Shown piece by piece: positions 46,950-56,961 of a stretch of DNA of 64,000 nucleotides. Source of the DNA: a bacterium (GTDB lineage: Bacteria; Bacillota; DTU030; DUMP01); the NCBI GenBank assembly GCA_050951365.1, contig JBMNIX010000011.1, positions 8,845 to 72,844 of the forward strand, written 5' to 3'. Position 1 is the stretch's first letter. Every line of letters starts with the position of its first letter. A program made the translations under genes and the position numbers. Under the pieces are notes generated by a model. The model made no database searches and was not told where the DNA came from. It worked only from the letters and a program-made list of their open reading frames with translations.

Positions 46950-47090
46950 TTAGATGCCACCGCCAAAGAAACCGAAGAAGAAGAAGAAAACAAACACAAT
47001 GATGATTGGAATGAACCACCACCACCAAGTGGTGAACCATCCGCCTGCAGTACCACCGCCACCGAACCACTGTTGTGCCTTATCGGTCAT
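46950..47090 (-). CDS. YjcZ-like small sporulation membrane peptide (46 aa; absent from the ORF track because it is under 60 aa)
   Basis: ATG 47090 (RBS AAGGGGGG) gives MTDKAQQWFGGGGTAGGWFTTWWWWFIPIIIVFVFFFFFGFFGGGI-stop. Gly-rich ends flanking one hydrophobic helix match the YjcZ family pattern. Confidence 0.55.
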   Translation of the reverse strand: MTDKAQQWFGGGGTAGGWFTTWWWWFIPIIIVFVFFFFFGFFGGGI

Positions 47091-47169
47091 CTTGGGCCCC
47101 CCTTGCCTTATTGTATAGAAAGCGGGGATGCTTTCTCAGGATCAATGTATGAACGGCAGGGAGAAATGG

Positions 47170-48966
47170 TTACATCCCTAAAATGGTGTCAACAAACTGG
47201 AAGTTAATGGTATCAACTAATCCTCGGTTTGTAATTCTTAGCTCTGGAATCACTGGCAGAGAAAGGAGCGCCATGGTCATGAAAGGCGAAACTAAATGGC
47301 AACCCAACGCCCGCCAGGCCTTCTCCAGGGCTAACACCTTTTCATTTACCTTTTCTACCCGTTCCGGTGACATAAGGCCAGCGATTGGCAGTGGGAGCAG
47401 GGCAAGCACCTGGCCGTCTCGCACCGCCACCATGCCACCACCGCACTGGGCCAGAGTGTTCCCGGCCAGGGCCATATCAGCCTCGTTGGTGCCAACGATG
47501 AGCAGGTTGTGGCTGTCATGGGCCACGGTGGAGGCAACTGCTCCAGCGGTAAAGCCAAAACCAGTGACAAAGCCAAGGCCCATGTTGCCAGGACCACCGT
47601 GGCGTTCCAGGCAGGCCACTTTGGCCACGTCCGACTTGGGATCTGGCCTGACTTGTCCGTCCCGTACTGCAAGTAGTACCTCTGTGTTTTGTGTCACAAC
47701 CTTGGCCTCAAAGATGCGCATAGCCCGAACCCGCAACTGGCCTGCGTCCACAGGGGCGGGAAGAGAGAAGTCATCTGCCGTAAGTTCCCGCTCTAAACGC
47801 ACCGACTGCATAGCCCACTCGGGGTAGGGATAAGCCGGAAGCTCCAGCAGCAATCTCCCGTCCTCGGCTACAATCTCGCCATCCACCATGACCTTGTCAG
47901 GCTTGAATTCCGCCAAGTCAGTAACAAAAAGTATATCCGCGCAGCGCCCAGGAGCTATGCTGCCCAGATCTCGGCTGACGCCAAAACACTCGGCGGTATT
48001 TATGGTGGCCATTTGAATTGCCCGGATAGGATTTAGCCCTTCCTCGATGGCACGGCGCACCACGTGGTTCAGGTGTCCCAGCTCAAGCAGAGTCGCTGGG
48101 TGGGTGTCGTCTGTGACCAATACCACCCGGCGCGTGTCAATATTCTCTTCAGTAACGCTCTTGATGGTGGCTTTAATATCGTGCCAGGCTGAACCCTCCC
48201 GCAGCTTGGCATACATGCCCAGGCGCAAGCGAGCCAAGGCGTCCTCCTTGCGCGTACCTTCGTGGCACGAGGCACAGCCAGCTGCAGCGTAGGCCTGAAG
48301 TCCAACCGCCGTCTCGGGGATGGAATAGTGACCGGTGATCACCTTGCCTGCCTCCAGGGTGGCCTTAAGCTCACCATGCACACCGGGATCACCGTTCAAA
48401 ACACCTGGGAAGTTCATCATTTCACCAAGACCGATGATACCATCCCAGGTCATGGCCTCGCGTACCTCCTCTGGCCCAATCACGGCACCAGCATCCTCAA
48501 AACCTGGTGCGGCTGGAACACACGATGGCATGGTGGTATAAACCTTGAGGGGCAGGTTACGCCCCTCGGCCATCATGAGCTCAATTCCTTTCATCCCGAG
48601 GACATTGGCTATCTCGTGGGGATCCATAAAGACAGTGGTTGTCCCGCTGGGAAGTACGGCCCGGGCAAACTCTGTGACACTCACCATGCTGCTCTCCACG
48701 TGGATATGACCGTCCAAGAGGCCGGGGGTAAGGTAATAGCCACTGGCATCTATCACCTTGGTTTCGGGGCCAATGGTGTGCTCCGCATTACCGATCAGTA
48801 CCACTCGTCCAGCTCGAATAGCCACATCCGCCGCCATTATCTCGGCTGTAAAAACATTGACAACCTTACCGCCTTTGATCACAGTATCGGCCTTAATCTG
48901 TCCCTGGGCGGCAGCAGTCAGTTCTGCTGTAAGCTCCGCCAGGGGCCGCCGTTTTACCCTGTACAT
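47170..48966 (-). CDS. ade: adenine deaminase
   Basis: 598 aa. LTPGLLDGHIHVESSMV, the amidohydrolase fold and the characteristic C-terminal domain. Confidence 0.85.
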   Translation of the reverse strand: MYRVKRRPLAELTAELTAAAQGQIKADTVIKGGKVVNVFTAEIMAADVAIRAGRVVLIGNAEHTIGPETKVIDASGYYLTPGLLDGHIHVESSMVSVTEFARAVLPSGTTTVFMDPHEIANVLGMKGIELMMAEGRNLPLKVYTTMPSCVPAAPGFEDAGAVIGPEEVREAMTWDGIIGLGEMMNFPGVLNGDPGVHGELKATLEAGKVITGHYSIPETAVGLQAYAAAGCASCHEGTRKEDALARLRLGMYAKLREGSAWHDIKATIKSVTEENIDTRRVVLVTDDTHPATLLELGHLNHVVRRAIEEGLNPIRAIQMATINTAECFGVSRDLGSIAPGRCADILFVTDLAEFKPDKVMVDGEIVAEDGRLLLELPAYPYPEWAMQSVRLERELTADDFSLPAPVDAGQLRVRAMRIFEAKVVTQNTEVLLAVRDGQVRPDPKSDVAKVACLERHGGPGNMGLGFVTGFGFTAGAVASTVAHDSHNLLIVGTNEADMALAGNTLAQCGGGMVAVRDGQVLALLPLPIAGLMSPERVEKVNEKVLALEKAWRALGCHLVSPFMTMALLSLPVIPELRITNRGLVDTINFQFVDTILGM

Positions 48967-48977
48967 ACCTCACCCTC

Positions 48978-50279
48978 CTACGCTACTGTATCCCGCTCAG
49001 GCTTAAACTGCTCGTATTCCTTGGTCACCATTATCTCCTTGAGGTGCTGTACCACCTGCCACACTTCGTGGAAACTGGTGTAAAGGGGTACCGGTGCCAG
49101 GCGAATCAGGTTGGGAGGACGAAAATCAGGAATCACCCCACGTCGTTTAAGGGCAGAGTTGATGCGTACGGCCTCTTTATGCTCCACCGCCACATGGCCG
49201 CCGCGCCGTTCTGGCTCTCGTGGAGTAACAATGGCGAAATTGTACGGAGGTGCTGCTAAGTTAGAGTCGATAAGGTGCATGAGATAAGAGGTCAAAGCCA
49301 GAGACTTGGCCCGTAGCCGCTCCATACCAGCAGCTTTGAAAAGCTCCAGCGACCCTGCCAGAGGAGCCATGCTGAGTATGTGCGCCGTTCCCACCTGCCA
49401 GGCACCAGCGCCGTGGGCAGGCTGGAACTCAGGATCCATGTCGAACTGTTTGTCCTTGCGGCAACCCCACCATCCGGCTAAACCAGGCAGGCGGTCAAAG
49501 TGCTGCTCATGAACGAAAAGACTGGCCACTGCCCCCGGCCCAGCGTTGAGGTATTTGTAGTTGCACCAGAAGGCAAAGTTCACGCCCCACTCATGCAGCC
49601 GGTGGGGCACCACCCCAGCCGAGTGACTAAGGTCAAAGCCAATCAGTATACCGCGCTCCTGGGCCGCATGGGTTAGAAGGTGTAGATCGAGGAGTTGTCC
49701 GCTGCGGTACAGTACTGAGGGCAGTATTGCCACCGCCACTTCATCTGTCATTGCAGCAATGATGTCCTTTTCCGCCAGGGTATGTCCGTCCCGGGAACGA
49801 ACCAGAATAAGATTTTGCTCTGGATCCAGTCTTAGGAGCCGCAGCTGGCTCTCCAGGGCGTACTTGTCTGAAGGGAAATTAAGCTCATCGGCCAGGATCT
49901 TGGTGCGTTTCCCGTGGGGACGGAAAAAACCCGCCATGAGGTTGTGCAGGTTCAGTGTGGTGGAGGCAGTAATAATCACCTCCTCTGGTTTTGCTCCCAC
50001 CAAAGGAGCTTCCTTCTTACCCAGCTCCTCGGCTAAGTAAAACCAGGGGTGCTCACCCTGGAGCCAACCATCTATCCCGTAGGTTTTCCACGCCTCCAGC
50101 ATTGTGAGAAGGGCCCCTTCTGCCTCCCGTGAAAGAAGCCCTAGAGAGTTTCCGTCCATGTAGATGGTGCCAGGCTTAAGGTAGAAGTGCTCCCTGAAAG
50201 AGGCCAACTCATCACTGCGATCAAGGTCCCTGGCAAACTCCTCCGTCAAGAATTCAGGCAGCATCTTCCCTTGTACCAT
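48978..50279 (-). CDS. kynU: kynureninase-family PLP enzyme
   Basis: [28 protein letters not shown]...YGIDGW...HPWF and [12 protein letters not shown] (PLP-Lys) match the kynureninase pattern. Confidence 0.75.
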   Translation of the reverse strand: MVQGKMLPEFLTEEFARDLDRSDELASFREHFYLKPGTIYMDGNSLGLLSREAEGALLTMLEAWKTYGIDGWLQGEHPWFYLAEELGKKEAPLVGAKPEEVIITASTTLNLHNLMAGFFRPHGKRTKILADELNFPSDKYALESQLRLLRLDPEQNLILVRSRDGHTLAEKDIIAAMTDEVAVAILPSVLYRSGQLLDLHLLTHAAQERGILIGFDLSHSAGVVPHRLHEWGVNFAFWCNYKYLNAGPGAVASLFVHEQHFDRLPGLAGWWGCRKDKQFDMDPEFQPAHGAGAWQVGTAHILSMAPLAGSLELFKAAGMERLRAKSLALTSYLMHLIDSNLAAPPYNFAIVTPREPERRGGHVAVEHKEAVRINSALKRRGVIPDFRPPNLIRLAPVPLYTSFHEVWQVVQHLKEIMVTKEYEQFKPERDTVA

Positions 50280-50309
50280 TCCTGTTACCCCCTCCTATTC
50301 TTTTCTTGG

Positions 50310-51422
50310 CTACAGCCTTCTTTCCACCTGTGCTAAGCGCACCAGGAGCTCCTCCCCTCGGGCTGGAACCCTGAGCCGCACTGTTGCTGCCGTGAGCCCT
50401 GGAAAATCAGCTCCTGACTCCACTATCACGCCCTGGCGCAGAAAAGCATCGCGCAGGTCACAGGACGGATCTGGCGCCGTAAGGGCTACGATAGGGGTGG
50501 TGGGGTGTGTAATAGACGCCGAGAGAACCTTCAGGGCCGCCAGCAGCTCAGCCTTTACCTGGCCCACCCCGGTGCGAGAGTTCTCTACAAACTCTGTGTC
50601 TCGGGCAGACACACAGGCTGCTTTAATGGCTGCCTCAGCTACGCTAAAGGGAAGGTCTACCCGCTCGTAAAGGGAACGCAGCTCGCCGCTAAGCACAGCG
50701 TAACCCACCCGCAAACCCGCTAGTCCCAAACCCTTGGAAAAGGAACGTGTCACCACTAAATTAGGAAACTCGCGCACTAAGTGAATCGCCGAATTCTCAG
50801 GGCTGACAAAATCGCCGTAAGCCTCATCCACCACTACTGGCACCGAATGCTGCAGCGCCTGGGTCAAGACCACCCGCAATGCATCTAAGCTGATGAGCTG
50901 CCCTGTAGGGTTGTTGGGGTTATCCAGGTACACCAAGGTCAGCTCCGGTCCCAGATGAGCCAGGAACTCTGTCAGGGAAAACTCCAATCTGCGACCCTTG
51001 AGCTTTACCCCAGTGTAAACGGCCCCGTTAGCGCGGGCATCACTCACATACTCTGAAAATTGGGGAGCATAACCAAGAACACGGGCCCCAGGGAAAAGGA
51101 AAAGCTTGTTTAGCCTCTCCAGCAGCCCCATAGAACCAGGCCCTACCACAATCTCTTCCGGGGTGACACCGGCCGCTTCCCACACATGGGCAAGCACCTC
51201 CCGCAGCTTATCCGCCCAGGGGTCTGGGTAACGGGAAAAATCAACACTCACAGCAGCCAGGTAGGCCTCTCGGGCACTGGCAGGCGCACCAAAGGGGTTG
51301 GTTCCTAACGCACAGTCAATTGTCTCATCCGGTCTCCACCCGTAAGAGCGCAGCTTGTCTCCAACATCCACCACGTAACTATCCCGTTTAAGGGTGTACA
51401 AGTACTCATTGCGGCAAAGCAC
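50310..51422 (-). CDS. class I/II PLP aminotransferase (histidinol-phosphate aminotransferase-like)
   Basis: LDNPNNPTG, DEAYGDF and RSFSKGLGLAGLRVGY motifs. GTG 51422 has RBS AAGGAGG. Confidence 0.8.
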   Translation of the reverse strand: MLCRNEYLYTLKRDSYVVDVGDKLRSYGWRPDETIDCALGTNPFGAPASAREAYLAAVSVDFSRYPDPWADKLREVLAHVWEAAGVTPEEIVVGPGSMGLLERLNKLFLFPGARVLGYAPQFSEYVSDARANGAVYTGVKLKGRRLEFSLTEFLAHLGPELTLVYLDNPNNPTGQLISLDALRVVLTQALQHSVPVVVDEAYGDFVSPENSAIHLVREFPNLVVTRSFSKGLGLAGLRVGYAVLSGELRSLYERVDLPFSVAEAAIKAACVSARDTEFVENSRTGVGQVKAELLAALKVLSASITHPTTPIVALTAPDPSCDLRDAFLRQGVIVESGADFPGLTAATVRLRVPARGEELLVRLAQVERRL

Positions 51423-51714
51423 AGCCTCCGACCTCCTTTACTAAGGCTAGTTTACCATATCAGCCGCCACCAAGAAATGGTTTTCCCGCTGTCCACCCAC
51501 AGCATACAAGTGCCTACCGCGTCTCTGTATCAGCGGCGTATTTGTGTTGCTGGACGCGTATAAGGGTTAATCTATCACCCTGGATGAGCTCGTCTCGTTT
51601 CTGGTGTTTTCACAGCAACATGGCCAGCTTGAACTCGTAGTCTCCCTGATCTATAATCTGTCTATGTCGTGTGGATTAATGTTTTCTCAGCATGAACAAT
51701 AGGAGGCTGGCTTT

Positions 51715-53040
51715 ATGAACGGTGATGAACTCGCGCGCCTCAAGAAAGCGGTATGCGAAGGTATCGCTGCAGCCCGGACGGAAATTCAGACCGTGGCAGA
51801 GGATATTTTTGCTCACCCGGAACTGGGATTTAAGGAGACGCGCACTGCTGACCTGGTGGCAGCCAGGTTCCAGGAACTCGGGCTAGAAGTGGAAAGAGGT
51901 CTTGCCCTGACCGGCATCCGTGCAGTTGCCCGCGGCCGTAACCAAAAGGCCAAGGTTGCCATTGTCGGTGAGTTGGATGCCGTGGTCTCGCCACAACACC
52001 CTTTTGCCGACCCTCAAACCGGCGCCGCCCATGCCTGCGGTCATCATGCCCAGATCGCAGCCCTTTTGGGCTCAGCTATTGGCCTAGTCCGCTCCGGGGT
52101 CATGGCTGAATTAGATGGTAACGTAGTTTTTCTGGCTGTTCCGGCCGAAGAATTTGTGGAACTAGCCTACCGCCGTCGTCTCATGGATGAGGGCAAAATC
52201 CAGTTCTTTGGTGGCAAACAGGAGCTTATCCGGGCCGGTGTTTTCGATGACTTAGATGCCGTTATGATGGTCCACGCCGAGGCCCAGGTACCTGGGCGTA
52301 AGGCCTTTGTGGGGGGCTCCTGTAACGGCTTCGTGGGCAAAATAGTCACCTACTTAGGCAAAGCCGCCCACGCCGGAGCAGCACCACACGAAGGGATCAA
52401 CGCGCTAAATGCTGCCATGCTGGGCCAGATGGGTATCCACGCCCAGCGGGAAACCTTCCGAGACGAAGACTCAATTCGCGTTCATCCCATCATAACCAAG
52501 GGCGGTGACCTGGTAAACATTGTCCCTGCAGAGGTGACCATGGAAACCTACGTTCGCGGCCGCACCATGAAAGCGGTTTTAGACGCCAACAGGAAGGTTA
52601 ACCGGGCCCTCCAGGCAGGGGCGTATGCTGTCGGCGCAGAGTGCAAGATCGACGAGATTCCGGGCTACGTCCCATTGAACCAACATGAAAAACTAACCGA
52701 GCTCTTCGCCGCCAACATGGCCAGTATTATTGGCGCAGAGAATGTGGTTCCAGGACCACACAGCGCCGGTTCTTCCGACATCGGTGATGTCTCGCAGCTT
52801 GTTCCCACCATTCAACCTTTTCTCGGGGGTTTCAGCGGCGTCGCCCACAGCAAAGATTTTGGTGTTGCAGATCCAGAGATGGCCTATGTCATCCCTGGAC
52901 AGGCCTTGGCCATGACAGCGCTGGACCTTCTGGTGGATGGAGCAGCCAAGGCTCGCGCCATTAAGGACGCTTTTCAGGCCCCCTTGAACCGCGAAAGCTA
53001 CCTTAAGATGTGGTCAGATTTCAGAGCCGGTCGTAACTAA
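51715..53040 (+). CDS. M20D-family amidohydrolase (AbgB/aminoacylase-like)
   Basis: AHPELGFKETRTA, HACGHHAQ and VPAEE are typical of M20D amidohydrolases; 441 aa. Confidence 0.75.
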   Translation: MNGDELARLKKAVCEGIAAARTEIQTVAEDIFAHPELGFKETRTADLVAARFQELGLEVERGLALTGIRAVARGRNQKAKVAIVGELDAVVSPQHPFADPQTGAAHACGHHAQIAALLGSAIGLVRSGVMAELDGNVVFLAVPAEEFVELAYRRRLMDEGKIQFFGGKQELIRAGVFDDLDAVMMVHAEAQVPGRKAFVGGSCNGFVGKIVTYLGKAAHAGAAPHEGINALNAAMLGQMGIHAQRETFRDEDSIRVHPIITKGGDLVNIVPAEVTMETYVRGRTMKAVLDANRKVNRALQAGAYAVGAECKIDEIPGYVPLNQHEKLTELFAANMASIIGAENVVPGPHSAGSSDIGDVSQLVPTIQPFLGGFSGVAHSKDFGVADPEMAYVIPGQALAMTALDLLVDGAAKARAIKDAFQAPLNRESYLKMWSDFRAGRN

Positions 53041-53070
53041 AAGATTTCTTCATAAGGAGGCTGAATGTAG

Positions 53071-53890
53071 ATGAAAAAGCCGTCAGAATGGAAGGTCCAC
53101 GCTCTGGTCCTTGGAATGGTGATTGTTGCAGAATTGATCGGTCAGAAAAAAGTTTCAGGTGGGACCCGGCCAGGCAATTTTGCTACCCATGCTCTATGCC
53201 CTGGTGATGGGCCTATTCATGGGGCCCAAGTACCTTAAGTTGGTGACAATGGAAGAAATGAAGTTGGCCACACCTTTCATCAGCATATCGGTAATGCTGC
53301 TCATGGCTAAGTACGGAACCACCATCGGTCCCTCGGTTCCGCTACTTCTGAAGTCCGGCGCGGCTCTGATTCTACAAGAGCTCGGCAACCTGGGAACTAT
53401 CTTCTTCGCCTTCCCAGTAGCCCTGATGCTGGGTTTCAAACGGGAAATCATCGGCGCCGTACACTCCATCGCCCGCGAATCCAGCCTAGCTGTTGTCGCC
53501 GATATCTATGGCCTTGAGGGACCGGAAGGCCGCGGTGTCATGGGTGTTTACATTTGCGGCACCCTCTTCGGCGCTATTTTCTTCGGTATTATGGCTGGCA
53601 TCTTCGGCAGCCTAAACATCTTTCATCCCTACGCCTTGGCCATGGCCTGTGGCGTGGGCAGTGCTAGCATGATGGCCGCAAGCGCTGGCTCTCTCTCGGC
53701 CATGTTCCCCGAAATGGCTAGCGAAATCCAGGCCTTTGCCTCCGCCAGCAATCTTCTCACCGGTGCCGACGGTGTCTACGCTTCTCTATTCCTCGCCCTC
53801 CCAATAACTGAGTGGCTTTATAGGAAATTCGCCCGCGAGGATAAGTCCCAGACTCAAACCAAGCTGGCTGCTACGAAGGAGGTAAGATAG
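53071..53890 (+). pseudogene. DUF3100-like membrane protein with an apparent +1 frameshift at or near the A6 run 53146-53151
   Basis: ATG 53071 (RBS AAGGAGG) gives MKKPSEWKVHALVLGMVIVAELIGQKKVS..., which runs into a stop. ORF 53159..53890 continues in the next frame with ...GPGQAILLPMLYALVMG.... Removing one A restores a single ~272-aa ORF. Confidence 0.55.
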
Positions 53891-54337
53891 ATGAACTGGA
53901 AAGAAACCGTTAAGGTCCTACTCCTGACTGCTGGTTTTGTCCTTGTGGGCAATCTCATCGGTTTTAAGATTAACCCTATTGAGGCCCTGCCCGGCATGCT
54001 GTTTCTTCTCGCCATCGTTCTGGCTGGCCTAGCCCTGGCAAAGATTGTCCCCGTAAAGCTTCCCAGTATCGTCTATATCTCCGCCCTGGGAATCATGTTC
54101 ACTGTACCAGGTTTCCCTGGCGCAGAGTGGTTTACCGCACAAGCAAGCAAGGTACAGTTTCTAGCCCTCTGCACCCCGGTATTGGCTTATGCCGGTATCG
54201 CCTCGGGCAAAGACTTGGATGACTTCAAGAAGCTGGGTTGGCGCATCGTGGTAGTCTCCAGCCTGGTCTTTATCGGTACCTTTGTTGGCTCCGCTATCAT
54301 TGCCCAGGTTGTCCTCAAATTCACCGGTCAGATTTAG
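53891..54337 (+). CDS. small polytopic membrane protein, probably working with the DUF3100 protein
   Basis: 148 aa with about 4 TM segments. Its ATG directly abuts the upstream stop (TAGATG). Confidence 0.5.
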   Translation: MNWKETVKVLLLTAGFVLVGNLIGFKINPIEALPGMLFLLAIVLAGLALAKIVPVKLPSIVYISALGIMFTVPGFPGAEWFTAQASKVQFLALCTPVLAYAGIASGKDLDDFKKLGWRIVVVSSLVFIGTFVGSAIIAQVVLKFTGQI

Positions 54338-54340
54338 AAA

Positions 54341-54366
54341 AGTGCGGCCCTGCCGCACTTTTTTTG
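54341..54366. terminator. rho-independent terminator
   Basis: AGTGCGGC-cct-GCCGCACT followed by a T7 tract. Confidence 0.75.
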
Positions 54367-54404
54367 TCTTAAACACAATGCATTTGGCTGAGACACAAGA
54401 TTCC

Positions 54405-55709
54405 TCAGCCAATGACTCCTGTAATGAGCGGAGAGAGATCTCCTGGTTCGGGGCCGATGGCGTAGGCTGCGGTGAGAGCGGCAACCGCCTCTCGGCCCCG
54501 TCTTGCGTCATTGGCGTGCACCCATGCCAGAGTTTCATCTATTCTCACCGTATCGCCTACCTTTTTGTTCAATACCACCCCCACCGCCAAGTCGATATTA
54601 TCCTCTTTGCGCTGCCGGCCTGCACCTAGTGCCATGGCAGCGCGACCCACCTGGTCAGCACGTAGACTGATAATATGACCGCTTGCAGGGGCGGGCACAG
54701 CCAGTACCTGTTTTGCCTGCGGCAAAAGGCTTATGTTCTCCACTACTCTAGCGTCACCACCCTGCGCCAACACAAACTGACGGAACTTCTCCAGTGCAGC
54801 TCCGCTCCGAAGAAGCTCTCTTAAGAGTTCTTTTCCGGCACTGGCAGTTTGGGCTTTGTCCGCCAGAACCAGCATCTCAGCCCCTAACGCCAAAGAGAGT
54901 TCCGTAAGATCATCAGGACCCTCCCCTCGCAGGGTAGCGACGGCCTCTTTCACCTCCAGTGCATTTCCTACCGCCAAGCCCAGTGGCTGTTCCATGGCCG
55001 TGACCAAGGCGCGGGTCGTGCGACCCACTGCGGTGCCAATCGCCACCATGGTGCGTGCCAACTCTTCTGCCCCAGCCTGTGTGGGCATAAATGCACCAGA
55101 GCCAAACTTGACATCCAAGACGATAGCATCTGCCCCAGCCGCAATCTTCTTAGCCATGATGGAACTGGCGATGAGGGGCAGGCTGGCCGTAGTTGCAGTA
55201 ACATCGCGCAGGGCGTACAGCTTCTTGTCCGCTGGTGCCAAATTACCCGTTTGACCTGAAAGGGCCAGTCCAGAACGCCTTAAACAAGCCAAGAACTCCT
55301 CTTGGCCCAGCGCTGTGCGGAAGCCAGGGATAGCCTCCAGCTTGTCAATGGTGCCGCCGGTGTGACCCAAGCCCCGTCCAGACATCTTAGCCACTGGAAC
55401 ACCAGCGGCCGCCACTAAGGGAAGCACTACCAGGGTGGTCTTATCGCCGACGCCGCCAGTACTGTGTTTATCCACTTTCCGACCCGGGATGGAGCTCAGA
55501 TCCAGTTCCTCACCGGAGCGGGCCATGGCCATGGTGAGCTCTGCCGTCTCCCGCTCTGTCATACCACGGAGGTAAATGGCCATAAGCAAGGCGGCCATTT
55601 GGTAGTCCGGTATTTCACCTGCCACATAGCGGGAGATGACGAACCGGATCTCATTAGCAGTAAGCTCTTCTCCATCGCGCTTCTTGGCGATAATGCTCGT
55701 GGTACGCAT
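54405..55709 (-). CDS. pdp: pyrimidine-nucleoside (thymidine) phosphorylase
   Basis: [33 protein letters not shown] and [16 protein letters not shown] are canonical. Confidence 0.9.
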   Translation of the reverse strand: MRTTSIIAKKRDGEELTANEIRFVISRYVAGEIPDYQMAALLMAIYLRGMTERETAELTMAMARSGEELDLSSIPGRKVDKHSTGGVGDKTTLVVLPLVAAAGVPVAKMSGRGLGHTGGTIDKLEAIPGFRTALGQEEFLACLRRSGLALSGQTGNLAPADKKLYALRDVTATTASLPLIASSIMAKKIAAGADAIVLDVKFGSGAFMPTQAGAEELARTMVAIGTAVGRTTRALVTAMEQPLGLAVGNALEVKEAVATLRGEGPDDLTELSLALGAEMLVLADKAQTASAGKELLRELLRSGAALEKFRQFVLAQGGDARVVENISLLPQAKQVLAVPAPASGHIISLRADQVGRAAMALGAGRQRKEDNIDLAVGVVLNKKVGDTVRIDETLAWVHANDARRGREAVAALTAAYAIGPEPGDLSPLITGVIG

Positions 55710-55742
55710 AGCTCCTCTCTCCTCTTCCCCGCATCCTTATGG

Positions 55743-56789
55743 CTAACTATAGCTACTCTTCTCTAGGGCAGCTCGTATAGAGTCTGTATATGGAGGCCTT
55801 AGCACCCCCACCTCAGTGATGATACCACTTAAATAGCATGCTGGGGTCACGTCAAAGGCAGGATTCCAAACCTTGACGCCTTTCGGCGCCATTCGTTTAC
55901 CCGCCAGTTGGGTGATTTCTTCCGGTCTTCTCTCTTCAATGGGAATACTCGCTCCACACGCAAGTTTACTATCAATGGTGGCCAGCGGCGCCGCTACATA
56001 GACCGGAATCCCGTGGGCATGGGCTAAAACGGCCACGCTGTAAGAACCGATCTTGTTGGCTGTATCACCATTAGCCGCTATCCGGTCAGCACCAAAGACA
56101 ACCCAGTTCACCAACCCCTGCTGCATGGCATACCCTGCCATGTTGTCACAGATCACTGTAACCGGAATGTTCTCTTCCTTAAGCTCATAGGCGGTTAGGC
56201 GCGCACCCTGCAGCAGTGGGCGAGTCTCATCAGCATACACCATCTCCACCTTGCCGGAGGCGTGCGCCGCCCGGATCACTCCTACTGCTGTACCATATCC
56301 TGCTGTGGCCAAGGCGCCAGCGTTACAGTGCGTGAGAATGCGCGCCCGGTCCGGGACCAACTCCGCACCGTAGGCACCGATGCGACGGCAGATCTCCATA
56401 TCCTCCACCCACATTGCATTGGCCTCTTCCACTAGCGCAGCCTGCACCGCCGGAACCCCTTTGGGTGCAGCTGCCACTGCCCGCTGCCAAGTAAGCTCCA
56501 GGGCCCAGAACAAGTTCACTGCTGTAGGTCGGGTGGCGGCTAAGAGTGCCTTCACTTCCTGTAAGTGCTGTAGCAGTGCACCAGCATCGTCACCGATAAA
56601 CTCCAACGCCCCCAACGCCATGCCGTAAGCGGCGGCAATACCAATGGCCGGCGCGCCGCGCACTGATAGGCGCATTATGGCCGCCGCCACTTCTTGGGGG
56701 GTCCTACACCTCAAGAACTCCGTCGTCTCGGGCAGCTTGGTCTGATCCAGCAAAACAAGGGTCCCATTGTCCCACCGTATGCTCCCCAC
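55743..56789 (-). CDS. mtnA: S-methyl-5-thioribose-1-phosphate isomerase
   Basis: LVLLDQTKLP...VRGAPAIGIAAAYG...THCNAGALAT...VYADETRPLLQGARLTAYEL. GTG start with RBS AAAGGCGGAG. Confidence 0.85.
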   Translation of the reverse strand: MGSIRWDNGTLVLLDQTKLPETTEFLRCRTPQEVAAAIMRLSVRGAPAIGIAAAYGMALGALEFIGDDAGALLQHLQEVKALLAATRPTAVNLFWALELTWQRAVAAAPKGVPAVQAALVEEANAMWVEDMEICRRIGAYGAELVPDRARILTHCNAGALATAGYGTAVGVIRAAHASGKVEMVYADETRPLLQGARLTAYELKEENIPVTVICDNMAGYAMQQGLVNWVVFGADRIAANGDTANKIGSYSVAVLAHAHGIPVYVAAPLATIDSKLACGASIPIEERRPEEITQLAGKRMAPKGVKVWNPAFDVTPACYLSGIITEVGVLRPPYTDSIRAALEKSSYS

Positions 56790-56908
56790 AAGCGCTCCGC
56801 CTTTCTTGGTCTTGGCAAGTATTTACTTCACCTTAAAGTATACCACAGGCTCGGGGTTCTTCTCTAATCCGCAAGCCACCACGGGTCAACTCTTTTTTTG
56901 CAAACTTG

Positions 56909-56946
56909 AAAAAAGGAGCCCCCAGGATTTGACTGGATTGGCTCCC
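56909..56946 (-). terminator. rho-independent terminator after the asparaginase II gene
   Basis: On the minus strand, GGAGCC..CCAG-loop-CTGG..GGCTCC is followed by a T6 tract. Confidence 0.65.
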
Positions 56947-56961
56947 TTTATCTACTGTAAT

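Noticed and set aside
46489-47070. 193-aa minus-strand ORF
   Set aside because: It overlaps the RBS-supported plus-strand gene 46564..46899 and is low-complexity. The real minus-strand product is the separate 46-aa YjcZ-like ORF (46950..47090), which is in a different frame.
56790-56961. SAM (S-box) riboswitch upstream of mtnA
   Set aside because: I read the minus-strand leader. It contains only a terminator for the upstream gene, a possible promoter (TTGACC / TGGTATACT) and an RBS. None of the conserved S-box helices or motifs could be recognised.
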